DNA of 63,122 nucleotides, taken from NCBI GenBank assembly GCA_023128825.1, contig JAGMDF010000109.1, forward strand, positions 1-63,122, in the 5' to 3' direction. Below, piece by piece: positions 25,975-33,339 of the stretch (positions are counted from its first letter, which is position 1; every line of letters begins with the position of its first letter). A model generated the notes under the pieces. The model saw only the letters and a list, made by a program, of their open reading frames with translations. It made no database searches and was not told the origin of the DNA. Made by a program: the position numbers and the translations under genes. Source of the DNA: a candidate division WOR-3 bacterium (lineage in GTDB: Bacteria; Hydrothermota; Tepidihabitantia; B3-TA06).

Positions 25975-26595
25975 ATGAAAAACAAAGGCCTGGCAACCTT
26001 TTTGATAACACTTGCCGCGTTCGGCGCAACCTACATGCTGCTGGTGTTCACATCACGGTGGAACGATGCGGCCTACACCGCCGCAGGCATCCTGCTGGCA
26101 GGAGGGGCGATATTCTCATTCGTCATGACAGAGGTCAGAGGAAAAAAAGAATTCGCCTCAAACATATGGGGAATCCTCTCCGGTCTGTTTATCTGGGGAT
26201 TTGTCGGGGAGTATCTTGAAGCCATCGGCTGGGTCCAGATCGCCCACCACCATTTCCTCCCGGTTCTCTTACTCCTGGGATTCTTCCTTATCTTCCTCAT
26301 TACACGCAGACAACTGGCTGACCGCTTCGCGTTTGCCTTCGGTCACTTTGCAGGAATCTGGGGGCTTCACATGTGGATGATCTATCAGTTCGAGCACCTC
26401 TCCCCCACCCATTGGACCACCTACCCCTCGGCGGTACTTGCAGGTCTTGGCGCAATCATTGCGGTTATCCTTACGATTCGTTCCAAGAAGACAACTCCCA
26501 AGATGGGCTGGGTTGTGGTAGCACTCTTGCTTGCCTGGACACTTCTGGAGTACGTCTGGGGCTGGAGAGTTATACCCGGCCCTTACTCCATATAA
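25975..26595 (+). CDS. hypothetical polytopic membrane protein (about 6 TM)
   Basis: 206-aa hydrophobic ORF with a GGAAGGAG SD. I recognise no motif. Confidence 0.7.
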   Translation: MKNKGLATFLITLAAFGATYMLLVFTSRWNDAAYTAAGILLAGGAIFSFVMTEVRGKKEFASNIWGILSGLFIWGFVGEYLEAIGWVQIAHHHFLPVLLLLGFFLIFLITRRQLADRFAFAFGHFAGIWGLHMWMIYQFEHLSPTHWTTYPSAVLAGLGAIIAVILTIRSKKTTPKMGWVVVALLLAWTLLEYVWGWRVIPGPYSI

Positions 26596-26616
26596 GAAAG
26601 AATTCGTAGAGGCACG

Positions 26617-26671
26617 GCATACCCTATGAGATGTCAAACATCTCAAGGGGCAGGCCCTGCCGTGCCCCTAC
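26617..26671 (-). repeat. R4 element (GTAG + double hairpin), minus orientation
   Basis: The reverse complement gtaggggcacggcagggcctgccccttgagatgtttgacatctcatagggtatgc matches 29540-29594 at 50 of 55 positions. Confidence 0.85.
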
Positions 26672-26730
26672 TTTGCAACGACACACGGGGTAAAGCGACA
26701 CGGTCGTTACACTCTATAAACATTGCTTGC

Positions 26731-26758
26731 TTGACACACGAACGGGCGCGACTAGGAT
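26731..26758 (+). promoter_or_regulatory. sigma70-like promoter (TTGACA-N16-TAGGAT), leaderless configuration
   Basis: The ATG at 26765 begins 6 nt after the -10, and there is no SD. Confidence 0.5.
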
Positions 26759-26764
26759 TAACGG

Positions 26765-28144
26765 ATGACTAAAAGGCAAGTAAATGAGTTAAAAGAGTTA
26801 TTCGGAGAAAAATTCTCTGTCCTCCCTGAAACCCTGGATCGGTATTCCAGAGACGAAACCAGCCACCTTGAAGCGATGCCTGAGGCGGTAGTTTTTGCCG
26901 AGGAGACCGAGGACGTGTCCAGACTGCTCAGATACTGCACCGATAACAAGATTCCGGCAACCCCCAGGGGGCTGGGCACCGGTGTATCGGGCGGAGCGCT
27001 GCCGGTTAAGGGCGGAATACTGCTTAGCCTGGAGCGGATGAATCGAATCCTGGAGATCGACGTAGAAAACCGCATGGCGGTGGTTCAACCCGGTGTGATT
27101 ACCGGGGAGCTGCACAAGGCGGTGGAGGAAAAAGGATTGTTCTATCCGCCTGACCCGGCATCGCTTGAGAGCTGCTCTGTGGGCGGCAACGTTATGGAGG
27201 GTGCGGGCGGGCCCAGAGCGGTGAAATACGGAACGACCAGGGACTACGTTACTGGACTTGAGTTCGTAATCCCTACGGGAGAGGTGTTACGGGTCGGCGG
27301 TAAGCTTCGCAAGAACGTCACCGGATACAACCTGATCGGTATCATGATCGCGTCCGAGGGAACGCTTGGAGTGGTTACCGAGATTACTTTGAGATTACTT
27401 CCTTTGCCGGCAGTAAGGACCGACCTGCTGGTTCCGTTTGAGAGCTTCCAGAAGGCGACGCGCACCATCAACGAGATCCACAAGACCGGCATTGTACCGG
27501 CGGTGATGGAGTTCATGGAGCACCGGGCACTGGAGATAGTGGAAGCGTATCTGGATTCCAAACTGCCCGTGCCCGGAGCGGGTGCATATCTGATGATCGG
27601 GTTGGATGGAGTGGACAAGGAAACGGTACAGCGTGATTACGAAAAGGTAGGCGAGGTATGTCTTGAGAACGGCGCAGTGGACGTGTTCGTGGCCGAGACC
27701 TCGGACATGAAGCAGAGGCTGTGGAAAACCAGACGTTCGCTGCACGATGCCCTGCACCACCTCTCGCCCGAAATGGAGCGCGAGGACGTGGTGGTACCGG
27801 TGGCCAGAATTGAAGATTTATTGAAAGGGGTGGACGGAATCAGGAACGGAACAAAAGTGGAGGTGGTGGCGTTCGGTCACGCTGGCGACGGGAACGTTCA
27901 CGTGAATCTTCTGCGCGGCAAGCTGGATAGGGAGACGTGGAAGCGTGAGCGTGAGCGAGTCCTTGACGAGCTTTTCCATCTCGTCGTTTCTCTTGGCGGC
28001 ACGCTTTCCGGCGAGCACGGGATAGGGGTTGTCAAGAAACAGTTCATGCCACTGGTTACCAGCGATGCGGAGCGCAAGCTTTACAAACGGCTGAAGCAGG
28101 CGTTTGATCCGGCGGGAATTCTGAATCCCGGAAAGATAATTTGA
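26765..28144 (+). CDS. FAD-linked oxidase (GlcD / D-lactate dehydrogenase family)
   Basis: FAD-binding PCMH-type N-domain (PRGLGTGVSGGALP) and the C-terminal GGTLSGEHGIG motif. Confidence 0.92.
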   Translation: MTKRQVNELKELFGEKFSVLPETLDRYSRDETSHLEAMPEAVVFAEETEDVSRLLRYCTDNKIPATPRGLGTGVSGGALPVKGGILLSLERMNRILEIDVENRMAVVQPGVITGELHKAVEEKGLFYPPDPASLESCSVGGNVMEGAGGPRAVKYGTTRDYVTGLEFVIPTGEVLRVGGKLRKNVTGYNLIGIMIASEGTLGVVTEITLRLLPLPAVRTDLLVPFESFQKATRTINEIHKTGIVPAVMEFMEHRALEIVEAYLDSKLPVPGAGAYLMIGLDGVDKETVQRDYEKVGEVCLENGAVDVFVAETSDMKQRLWKTRRSLHDALHHLSPEMEREDVVVPVARIEDLLKGVDGIRNGTKVEVVAFGHAGDGNVHVNLLRGKLDRETWKRERERVLDELFHLVVSLGGTLSGEHGIGVVKKQFMPLVTSDAERKLYKRLKQAFDPAGILNPGKII

Positions 28145-28151
28145 CATTTAT

Positions 28152-28186
28152 CCCTCACCCTACCCTCTCCCAAAGGGAGAGGGTGA
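28152..28186. repeat. R5 hairpin (ccctcaccctaCCCTCTCCCaaaGGGAGAGGGtga)
   Basis: 9-bp perfect stem at 28163-28183. Related copies are at 57641-57665 and 46015-46050. Confidence 0.75.
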
Positions 28187-28226
28187 TAATGAAAAGGGCC
28201 GCTTGAAGCTGCCTTACAGATTTTCT

Positions 28227-28260
28227 CTGCGATCCTTTGCGCGTAGCGCAAAGGGAGCAT
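28227..28260 (-). repeat. R2 hairpin copy
   Basis: Reverse complement: ATGCTCC-cctttgcgc tac gcgcaaagg-ATCGCAG. Confidence 0.85.
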
Positions 28261-28267
28261 AGTTCTA

Positions 28268-28396
28268 GGGGTCCCCACACGGAGACGAAGTATCCGTGGG
28301 GGGATAAAGTTCGGGGTCCCCGCGCAACCGCGAAGCGGATGCGTGGGGTATATCTTTCGGGGTCCCCACAAAAACGCGAAACGTTTTTGTGGGGTA
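28268..28396 (+). repeat. three tandem R1 units, period 45-46 nt
   Basis: Units start at 28268, 28313 and 28359. Each is GGGGTCCCC(A/G)C - variable self-complementary core with a CGAAG/CGAAA loop - G(T/C)GGGG(T/G)AT. Confidence 0.9.
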
Positions 28397-28399
28397 TTA

Positions 28400-28424
28400 A
28401 AAGCCCGACATAGGCCGGGCTTTT
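28400..28424. terminator. hairpin with flanking A- and T-runs (possible bidirectional terminator)
   Basis: aaaagcccg acataggc cgggctttt. Confidence 0.45.
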
Positions 28425-28529
28425 AAGTGGGTATCTCTTGCCTTTCGACAAACCCACCCATACTGAACTTATTGATTATAGGAGCAAGACACACGTCGTC
28501 AAGTGAAAATCTGTTTCCGGGAAATCAGG

Positions 28530-28697
28530 TCACTCCGAAAGCAGGTCTTTATCGATCTCCTTCTCCTGCTTGCGTTTGCGCTTGTATGAGGGCTTTTCTT
28601 CCCTGCGTTCAGACCAGCGTATGTTCTTTGGGGGTCTGGGATGCCTTGGTTTCTGTTTGATTATCTTCTTTTCCACGGTTTTTTTCTTGCGCGGCAT
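28530..28697 (-). CDS. possible 55-aa highly basic protein
   Basis: MPRKKKTVEKKIIKQKPRHPRPPKNIRWSERREEKPSYKRKRKQEKEIDKDLLSE. The ATG is 4 nt after the dapF stop, with no clear SD. Coding status is uncertain. Confidence 0.3.
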   Translation of the reverse strand: MPRKKKTVEKKIIKQKPRHPRPPKNIRWSERREEKPSYKRKRKQEKEIDKDLLSE

Positions 28698-28701
28698 AAT
28701 A

Positions 28702-29499
28702 TCAGTCCAGTTCGATCTCTCCTTTAAAAACGATCGCGGTCTGGCCCCCAAGCATCACTTCGGTCGGGTTTGACGCGTCGGACTCAAAGTTGACGCGCAA
28801 AAGCCCGCCAGGGAAGTTAAGTTCTATTGGTGATTTGATCCCTTTTAGTCGGTTAATGACGGCTGCCACGGCCACCGCGCCGGTTCCACAAGATAAAGTC
28901 TCTCGCTCCACCCCGCGCTCGTAGGTTCGAACCGAGATGGAGTCGTCGTCGTGGATCTGGACGAAATCGGCGTTGGTTCCTTCCGGTGCAAAATTGGGAT
29001 GGTTGCGGATCGATCTACCGACATTATGAACGTCGAAATCAGCCAGGTTATTAACAAAAACCACCGCGTGCGGCACTCCGGAGTTGGTGAAGTGAAGGGG
29101 AAATGAAAACTCAGGGAGGGATAAGTCGAGTTGAACATCCTTGGGATCAGGAAGAGAGACGTAAGGATCTCCCTCTTTCACCAGTCCCTTGTGAACGCCA
29201 GCGTCGGAGACGAACCGCATGGATTCGGAGGCTATACCTTCCTTCCATGCATAGAGAACGAGTGCCCGCGCGCCGTTGCCGCAGAAAGAGGCTCTGGAGC
29301 CGTCTGCGTTGAAGTAGACCATGCGGAAGTCAAAGCCTGGCTCTTTTCTTACAAGAAGGATACCGTCCGCGCCTATCCCTTTTCTGCGGTCGCAGATAGA
29401 AGGTGCGATTTTCGCAAAGAATTCGTTAGACTGCTCCGGGTAGGTAAAAACTATAAAATCGTTGCCCGCGCCGTGGGTTTTGGTGAATTCCAGTTTCAT
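28702..29499 (-). CDS. dapF: diaminopimelate epimerase
   Basis: HGAGNDFIVF, FNADGSRASFCGNGARA and LSCGTGAVAVA (the two catalytic Cys regions). Confidence 0.95.
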   Translation of the reverse strand: MKLEFTKTHGAGNDFIVFTYPEQSNEFFAKIAPSICDRRKGIGADGILLVRKEPGFDFRMVYFNADGSRASFCGNGARALVLYAWKEGIASESMRFVSDAGVHKGLVKEGDPYVSLPDPKDVQLDLSLPEFSFPLHFTNSGVPHAVVFVNNLADFDVHNVGRSIRNHPNFAPEGTNADFVQIHDDDSISVRTYERGVERETLSCGTGAVAVAAVINRLKGIKSPIELNFPGGLLRVNFESDASNPTEVMLGGQTAIVFKGEIELD

Positions 29500-29505
29500 G
29501 GATAG

Positions 29506-29533
29506 ATGATATGCTTGAGGATGACGGTGTCAA
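29506..29533 (-). promoter_or_regulatory. sigma70-like promoter (TTGACA-N16-TATCAT), leaderless configuration for dapF
   Basis: Reverse complement of tgtcaa (29528-33) and atgata (29506-11). The ATG at 29499 is 6 nt after the -10. Confidence 0.5.
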
Positions 29534-29539
29534 TATAAC

Positions 29540-29594
29540 GTAGGGGCACGGCAGGGCCTGCCCCTTAAGATGCTTAACATCTTATAGGCTATGC
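29540..29594 (+). repeat. R4 element, plus orientation
   Basis: gtaggggcacggcagggcctgccccttaagatgcttaacatcttataggctatgc. Confidence 0.85.
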
Positions 29595-29611
29595 ATCGAA
29601 CCAACCGACTC

Positions 29612-29647
29612 TGTACTACAACAACAAAGCGGCCTGGAGAGGCCGCT
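29612..29647 (-). terminator. terminator-like hairpin for the NDP-sugar dehydrogenase gene
   Basis: agcggcc tctcca ggccgct on the minus strand, followed by ttgttgttgt. Confidence 0.45.
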
Positions 29648-29671
29648 CTCCAAACCTATATCTAGCTTTCC

Positions 29672-29706
29672 CTTCCGATCTTTTCCCCGCAGGGGAAAAG
29701 GAGGAT
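29672..29706 (-). repeat. R2 hairpin copy
   Basis: Reverse complement: ATCCTCC-cttttcccc tgc ggggaaaag-ATCGGAAG. It starts 4 nt after the stop at 29711-29713. Confidence 0.85.
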
Positions 29707-29710
29707 ATAA

Positions 29711-31024
29711 TTATGCCTTGACTATTTTTTCTCTGCCCTGCTTGACATCGGCCGTCGCGTTGCGGGTATCCACCACCAGCTTGGCGTGCTTGACCAATTC
29801 AGCATAGTCGATGTTGTCGTGATTGGTGGCGATCAAAACCACATCGTAGGAAGCGATGTTTTCAGCGCTCAAAGGCACGCTCTCCTTGTCGAACTTGTAG
29901 CGACGTGTAGGCGGAATCTTGTGGATAAAGGGATCGTGATAGTCCACAATAGCACCCTTCTCCTCAAGAAGTTCAATGAGACGCAACGCTGGCGATTCCC
30001 GCATGTCGTCAACGTTCTTCTTGTACGCCATGCCCAGGATGAGCACCTTGGAACCGTTCAGCGCCTTGCGGCGTTCGTTGAGTGCCTCCATGACCTTTGA
30101 AATCACCCACCGGGGCATGGAGGTGTTTATCTCGCCGGCAAGTTCGATGAAGCGTGTGGGCATCTCGAACTCCTGCGCCTTGTAGGTAAGGTAAAAAGGA
30201 TCGATTGGTATGCAGTGCCCTCCAAGACCCGGACCGGGGTAGAACGCCATGAACCCGAAAGGCTTGGTTGATGCGGCACGGATAACCTCCCAAACGTCCA
30301 CCCCCATGGCGTCCAGGATGACTTTTATCTCGTTTACCAGAGCGATGTTCACGCTGCGGAACACGTTCTCGAAAATCTTGGTGGCCTCCGCGGCCTCGGC
30401 TGAGGAGACGTGTACAACGGTATCCAGCACGGCCTGATAGAGCGCAACCGCCAGTTTGAGTGATTCCTCGGAGTTGGCGCCAACCACCTTGGGGATGTTC
30501 TTGGTGTTGTATTCGGGATTGTTCGGGTCTTCACGTTCCGGGGAGTAGGCGAGGTAGAAATCACTATGGGCGATGAGTCCTGAGTGTTTCTCAAGGACCG
30601 GTCTCATGATCTCTTCGGTGGTGCCTGGGAAGGAGGACGATTCCAGCACCACCAGCTGACCTTTTTGCAGATGTGGAGCTATCTGTTTAGAGGTTCCGGT
30701 GATAAACGACAGGTCGGGTTGAAGATGCTCGTCAAGAGGGGTGGGGACGCAGACAAGCAAAGCATCAGCTTCAGGGATCAGAGAGAAGTCCGCGGTAGCG
30801 TCCAAGAGCTTGCGCTTACGGGCATCCTTGATCCGCGCCGAAGAGATGTGTTTAATGTAAGTGCGTCCCGAATTCAAGGCATCGGCCTTGGCTTTATCGA
30901 TATCAAAGCCGATTACCCGAAATCCCTCCTCCACGAACGTCAAAGCCAGGGGCAGGCCCACGTATCCCATCCCAACAACCCCTATAACCGCCTTGCGCTC
31001 GGCTATCCGCCCAAGTGTCAGCAT
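29711..31024 (-). CDS. UDP-sugar / nucleotide-sugar 6-dehydrogenase (WbpA/WecC/TviB-like)
   Basis: N-terminal GVVGMGYVGLPLALTF Rossmann motif, the catalytic GGHCIPIDP, and the C-terminal UDP-binding region. Confidence 0.93.
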   Translation of the reverse strand: MLTLGRIAERKAVIGVVGMGYVGLPLALTFVEEGFRVIGFDIDKAKADALNSGRTYIKHISSARIKDARKRKLLDATADFSLIPEADALLVCVPTPLDEHLQPDLSFITGTSKQIAPHLQKGQLVVLESSSFPGTTEEIMRPVLEKHSGLIAHSDFYLAYSPEREDPNNPEYNTKNIPKVVGANSEESLKLAVALYQAVLDTVVHVSSAEAAEATKIFENVFRSVNIALVNEIKVILDAMGVDVWEVIRAASTKPFGFMAFYPGPGLGGHCIPIDPFYLTYKAQEFEMPTRFIELAGEINTSMPRWVISKVMEALNERRKALNGSKVLILGMAYKKNVDDMRESPALRLIELLEEKGAIVDYHDPFIHKIPPTRRYKFDKESVPLSAENIASYDVVLIATNHDNIDYAELVKHAKLVVDTRNATADVKQGREKIVKA

Positions 31025-31177
31025 TCCAACTCCTTTTCAGGTTAAGAAGCTATGCAAAGCTTAGCCAACTACTCTGCAAAGTCAAGCTGACCATCCGCAG
31101 ATTGCTAGTCTGTATCTTTCATCCGCAGATGAGAACTCTCTGGGGGTCGTTCTCGCCATAGGCGTACGCAGATTTAG

Positions 31178-31211
31178 TTGCTCCTTTCGTCCTTCAGACG
31201 AAAGATCGCAC
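31178..31211 (+). repeat. R2 hairpin copy (divergent flanks)
   Basis: TTGCTCC-ctttcgtc cttca gacgaaag-ATCGCAC. Confidence 0.7.
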
Positions 31212-31302
31212 ACCATCTTTCAGAAGCTTTCTCATAACAGTAACCCGATTACACCGATAACTGCGAACTTTTATTCCTCGGAATAAAACGAGCAAAAAAG
31301 AT

Positions 31303-31329
31303 CGTAGGGGCCGACCTTCAGGTCGGCCC
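31303..31329 (+). repeat. R3 REP-like element
   Basis: cGTAGgggccgaccttcaggtcggccc. Confidence 0.85.
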
Positions 31330-31338
31330 GCAATATTC

Positions 31339-31367
31339 TTGACTTCCTTCTCCAGACCGCCTAAAAT
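31339..31367 (+). promoter_or_regulatory. sigma70-like promoter (TTGACT-N17-TAAAAT)
   Basis: Followed by an AAGGAGG SD and the ATG at 31387. Confidence 0.5.
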
Positions 31368-31386
31368 ACGCCCTAAGGAGGCTCGC

Positions 31387-33339
31387 ATGAAGCGCGTACT
31401 GATGTTCATATTTCTGGGGGCCCTGGTGCTGGGGGCAAGCAGAGTTGATCCCATTGACGAGGTTTTAGCCAAGGGAGGTTTGGTAAAAGAAGACGTCCAT
31501 TTCGACAGAGCGCTCATGGATTTTTACGGCGGCGGGCCTTACCGGTTGAAGATATTTGATCTGTTGGTGAATAGACCTTTAGAGATTCCTTATTACAACC
31601 GGCTGTTCGTGCACCAGCTGTTTGAGGGCGGCGACCGGCTTGCCCAGGGTGTGTTCTTTGCATCTCTGAGAACGGACGCCGCTGTCCGCCGTGGACTTAT
31701 CCAGCATCCTTACGCCGCGATGAAGGAAGCGCTGGCCGAGGAAGAAGATAAGTTCTCCTATGCGCTCGATCAGCTCAAGGAGGTCTCAGGTCAGGAAGAT
31801 TTTACCTGCGAGTTTGAGCCTCCCCAATGGTCGCCGGAGACAGAGGAGGCGTTATCCGTAATTATTCTTGCCTCGGCACAGGCCATCGAGATGCGCAACC
31901 TGGCGTTCCGCGATCTGTCCGTAGAGGAACAGGAGAGGCTTTGGGAGAAATCTCTGAGCTACATAGGCGACGATACCGCCCTGACCACCGAGGATGTTTA
32001 CTTCGTTGAAGAAGCGATCGGCAGGGTTGAGTACTCGCTGCTCTACGCAGGTCTCGAAGATCTCACCATGGTTCTTGATACCCTGATACCGTTCATTGAT
32101 TCGCTCAAGGCGCAGCTGCCCCGCTTCGAGTTCGAAACCCCATACGGGATGGTAAAGATCGCGGGGGAAGGCGATGATGAATATGATGGAGATTATCTGC
32201 TTCTCATCGAGACCGGAGGGGATGAGTATTACGAAAGAGCCGGTGCCAATCCGGACATAGCCCATCCCTTGAGCGTAGTGATCGATCTGGAGGGTTCAGA
32301 TCGATACATTAATCCATCCCACGATCCGGCGATCGCTGCAGGGGTGCTTGGCGCGGGGATTCTTATAGACTGGCGCGGCGACGATGTCTACGAGTCCAAC
32401 GGAACAGGAGAAGGAGCAGGACTGTTCGGCCTGGGGCTTTTATACGACCGCGAAGGAACCGATCATTACGAGGGCTTTTCCAACTGTCAGGGCTCTGGCA
32501 CGTTCGGGGCAGGGATACTGGTTGACGTGGCAGGCGACGATCGCTACCGCGGCATCCGGGGCATCCAGGGCTACGGGTTTACAAAAGGATGCGGCCTGCT
32601 GCTGGATCTTGCAGGTGACGATCGCTACGTTGCCCGCAACGACACCGTTCCCTTCCCCTCTCCCCAGTCCCCGGACTACAACGCCGCGATGGCTCAGGGG
32701 TTCGGGTTCGGCAAGAGGGCGGATTTTACCGACGGCAAATCATTGGCAGGCGGTGTAGGTGTTCTGGCAGATGCGCAAGGCGACGACACCTACGAAGCCG
32801 GGGTGTTCGCCCAAGGGTGCGGCTACTGGTACGGGGTGGGGATGCTTACCGATAGAGAGGGAAACGATACTTACTCCGGGGTGTGGTACGTGCAGGGCTC
32901 GGGCGCCCACTTCGCGGTTGGGGTCTTGAATGACGTTTCAGGCAATGATACATATTCAGCCTTCAAGAACATGGCGCAAGGCGCGGGGCACGACTTCACG
33001 GTCGGGTATCTTCTGGAGGAGGCAGGTAACGACGTCTACAACGCCCCGAACCTTTCTTTGGGCGGCGGCAACGCTTCGGGGTTCGGCTTCTTCTGGGATA
33101 GCCAGGGTGATGATGTCTATAACGTAACGGCTAAGACTACGTTAGGGCTTGCCAACATCGGCTCACGCGGCGGGCTAAGGGATAGGTGTCTGTGCCTTGG
33201 GCTGTTCATGGATACCGGAGGCGGCAATGATACCTATCCTCGTGACAAGCCGGCACGGAACAACCGCACCTGGTTCCAGCCCGGACTTAATGCCAAGGAG
33301 CCTTTGGATACTGAGATAGGAGTCGGACTTGACCGTTAA
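31387..33339 (+). CDS. secreted protein with at least 10 G-x-D-x-Y beta-helix/beta-roll-like repeats
   Basis: Signal peptide MKRVLMFIFLGALVLGA. The C-terminal 360 aa repeat ...G.G.L.D..G(D/N)D.Y......QG.G... every 26-28 residues. The start is set at the SD-preceded ATG. Confidence 0.85.
   Translation: MKRVLMFIFLGALVLGASRVDPIDEVLAKGGLVKEDVHFDRALMDFYGGGPYRLKIFDLLVNRPLEIPYYNRLFVHQLFEGGDRLAQGVFFASLRTDAAVRRGLIQHPYAAMKEALAEEEDKFSYALDQLKEVSGQEDFTCEFEPPQWSPETEEALSVIILASAQAIEMRNLAFRDLSVEEQERLWEKSLSYIGDDTALTTEDVYFVEEAIGRVEYSLLYAGLEDLTMVLDTLIPFIDSLKAQLPRFEFETPYGMVKIAGEGDDEYDGDYLLLIETGGDEYYERAGANPDIAHPLSVVIDLEGSDRYINPSHDPAIAAGVLGAGILIDWRGDDVYESNGTGEGAGLFGLGLLYDREGTDHYEGFSNCQGSGTFGAGILVDVAGDDRYRGIRGIQGYGFTKGCGLLLDLAGDDRYVARNDTVPFPSPQSPDYNAAMAQGFGFGKRADFTDGKSLAGGVGVLADAQGDDTYEAGVFAQGCGYWYGVGMLTDREGNDTYSGVWYVQGSGAHFAVGVLNDVSGNDTYSAFKNMAQGAGHDFTVGYLLEEAGNDVYNAPNLSLGGGNASGFGFFWDSQGDDVYNVTAKTTLGLANIGSRGGLRDRCLCLGLFMDTGGGNDTYPRDKPARNNRTWFQPGLNAKEPLDTEIGVGLDR

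Noticed and set aside
28268-28396. The three 45-46-nt units with conserved ends and variable centres could be read as a mini CRISPR array.
   Set aside because: The variable part of each unit is self-complementary, so it is a hairpin stem and not a spacer. There are only three units and no cas genes, and single copies of the same unit occur elsewhere (7808, 20587).
28081-28457. ORFs 28081-28371(-) and 28155-28457(-).
   Set aside because: They are encoded wholly by the R5/R2/R1 repeat block.
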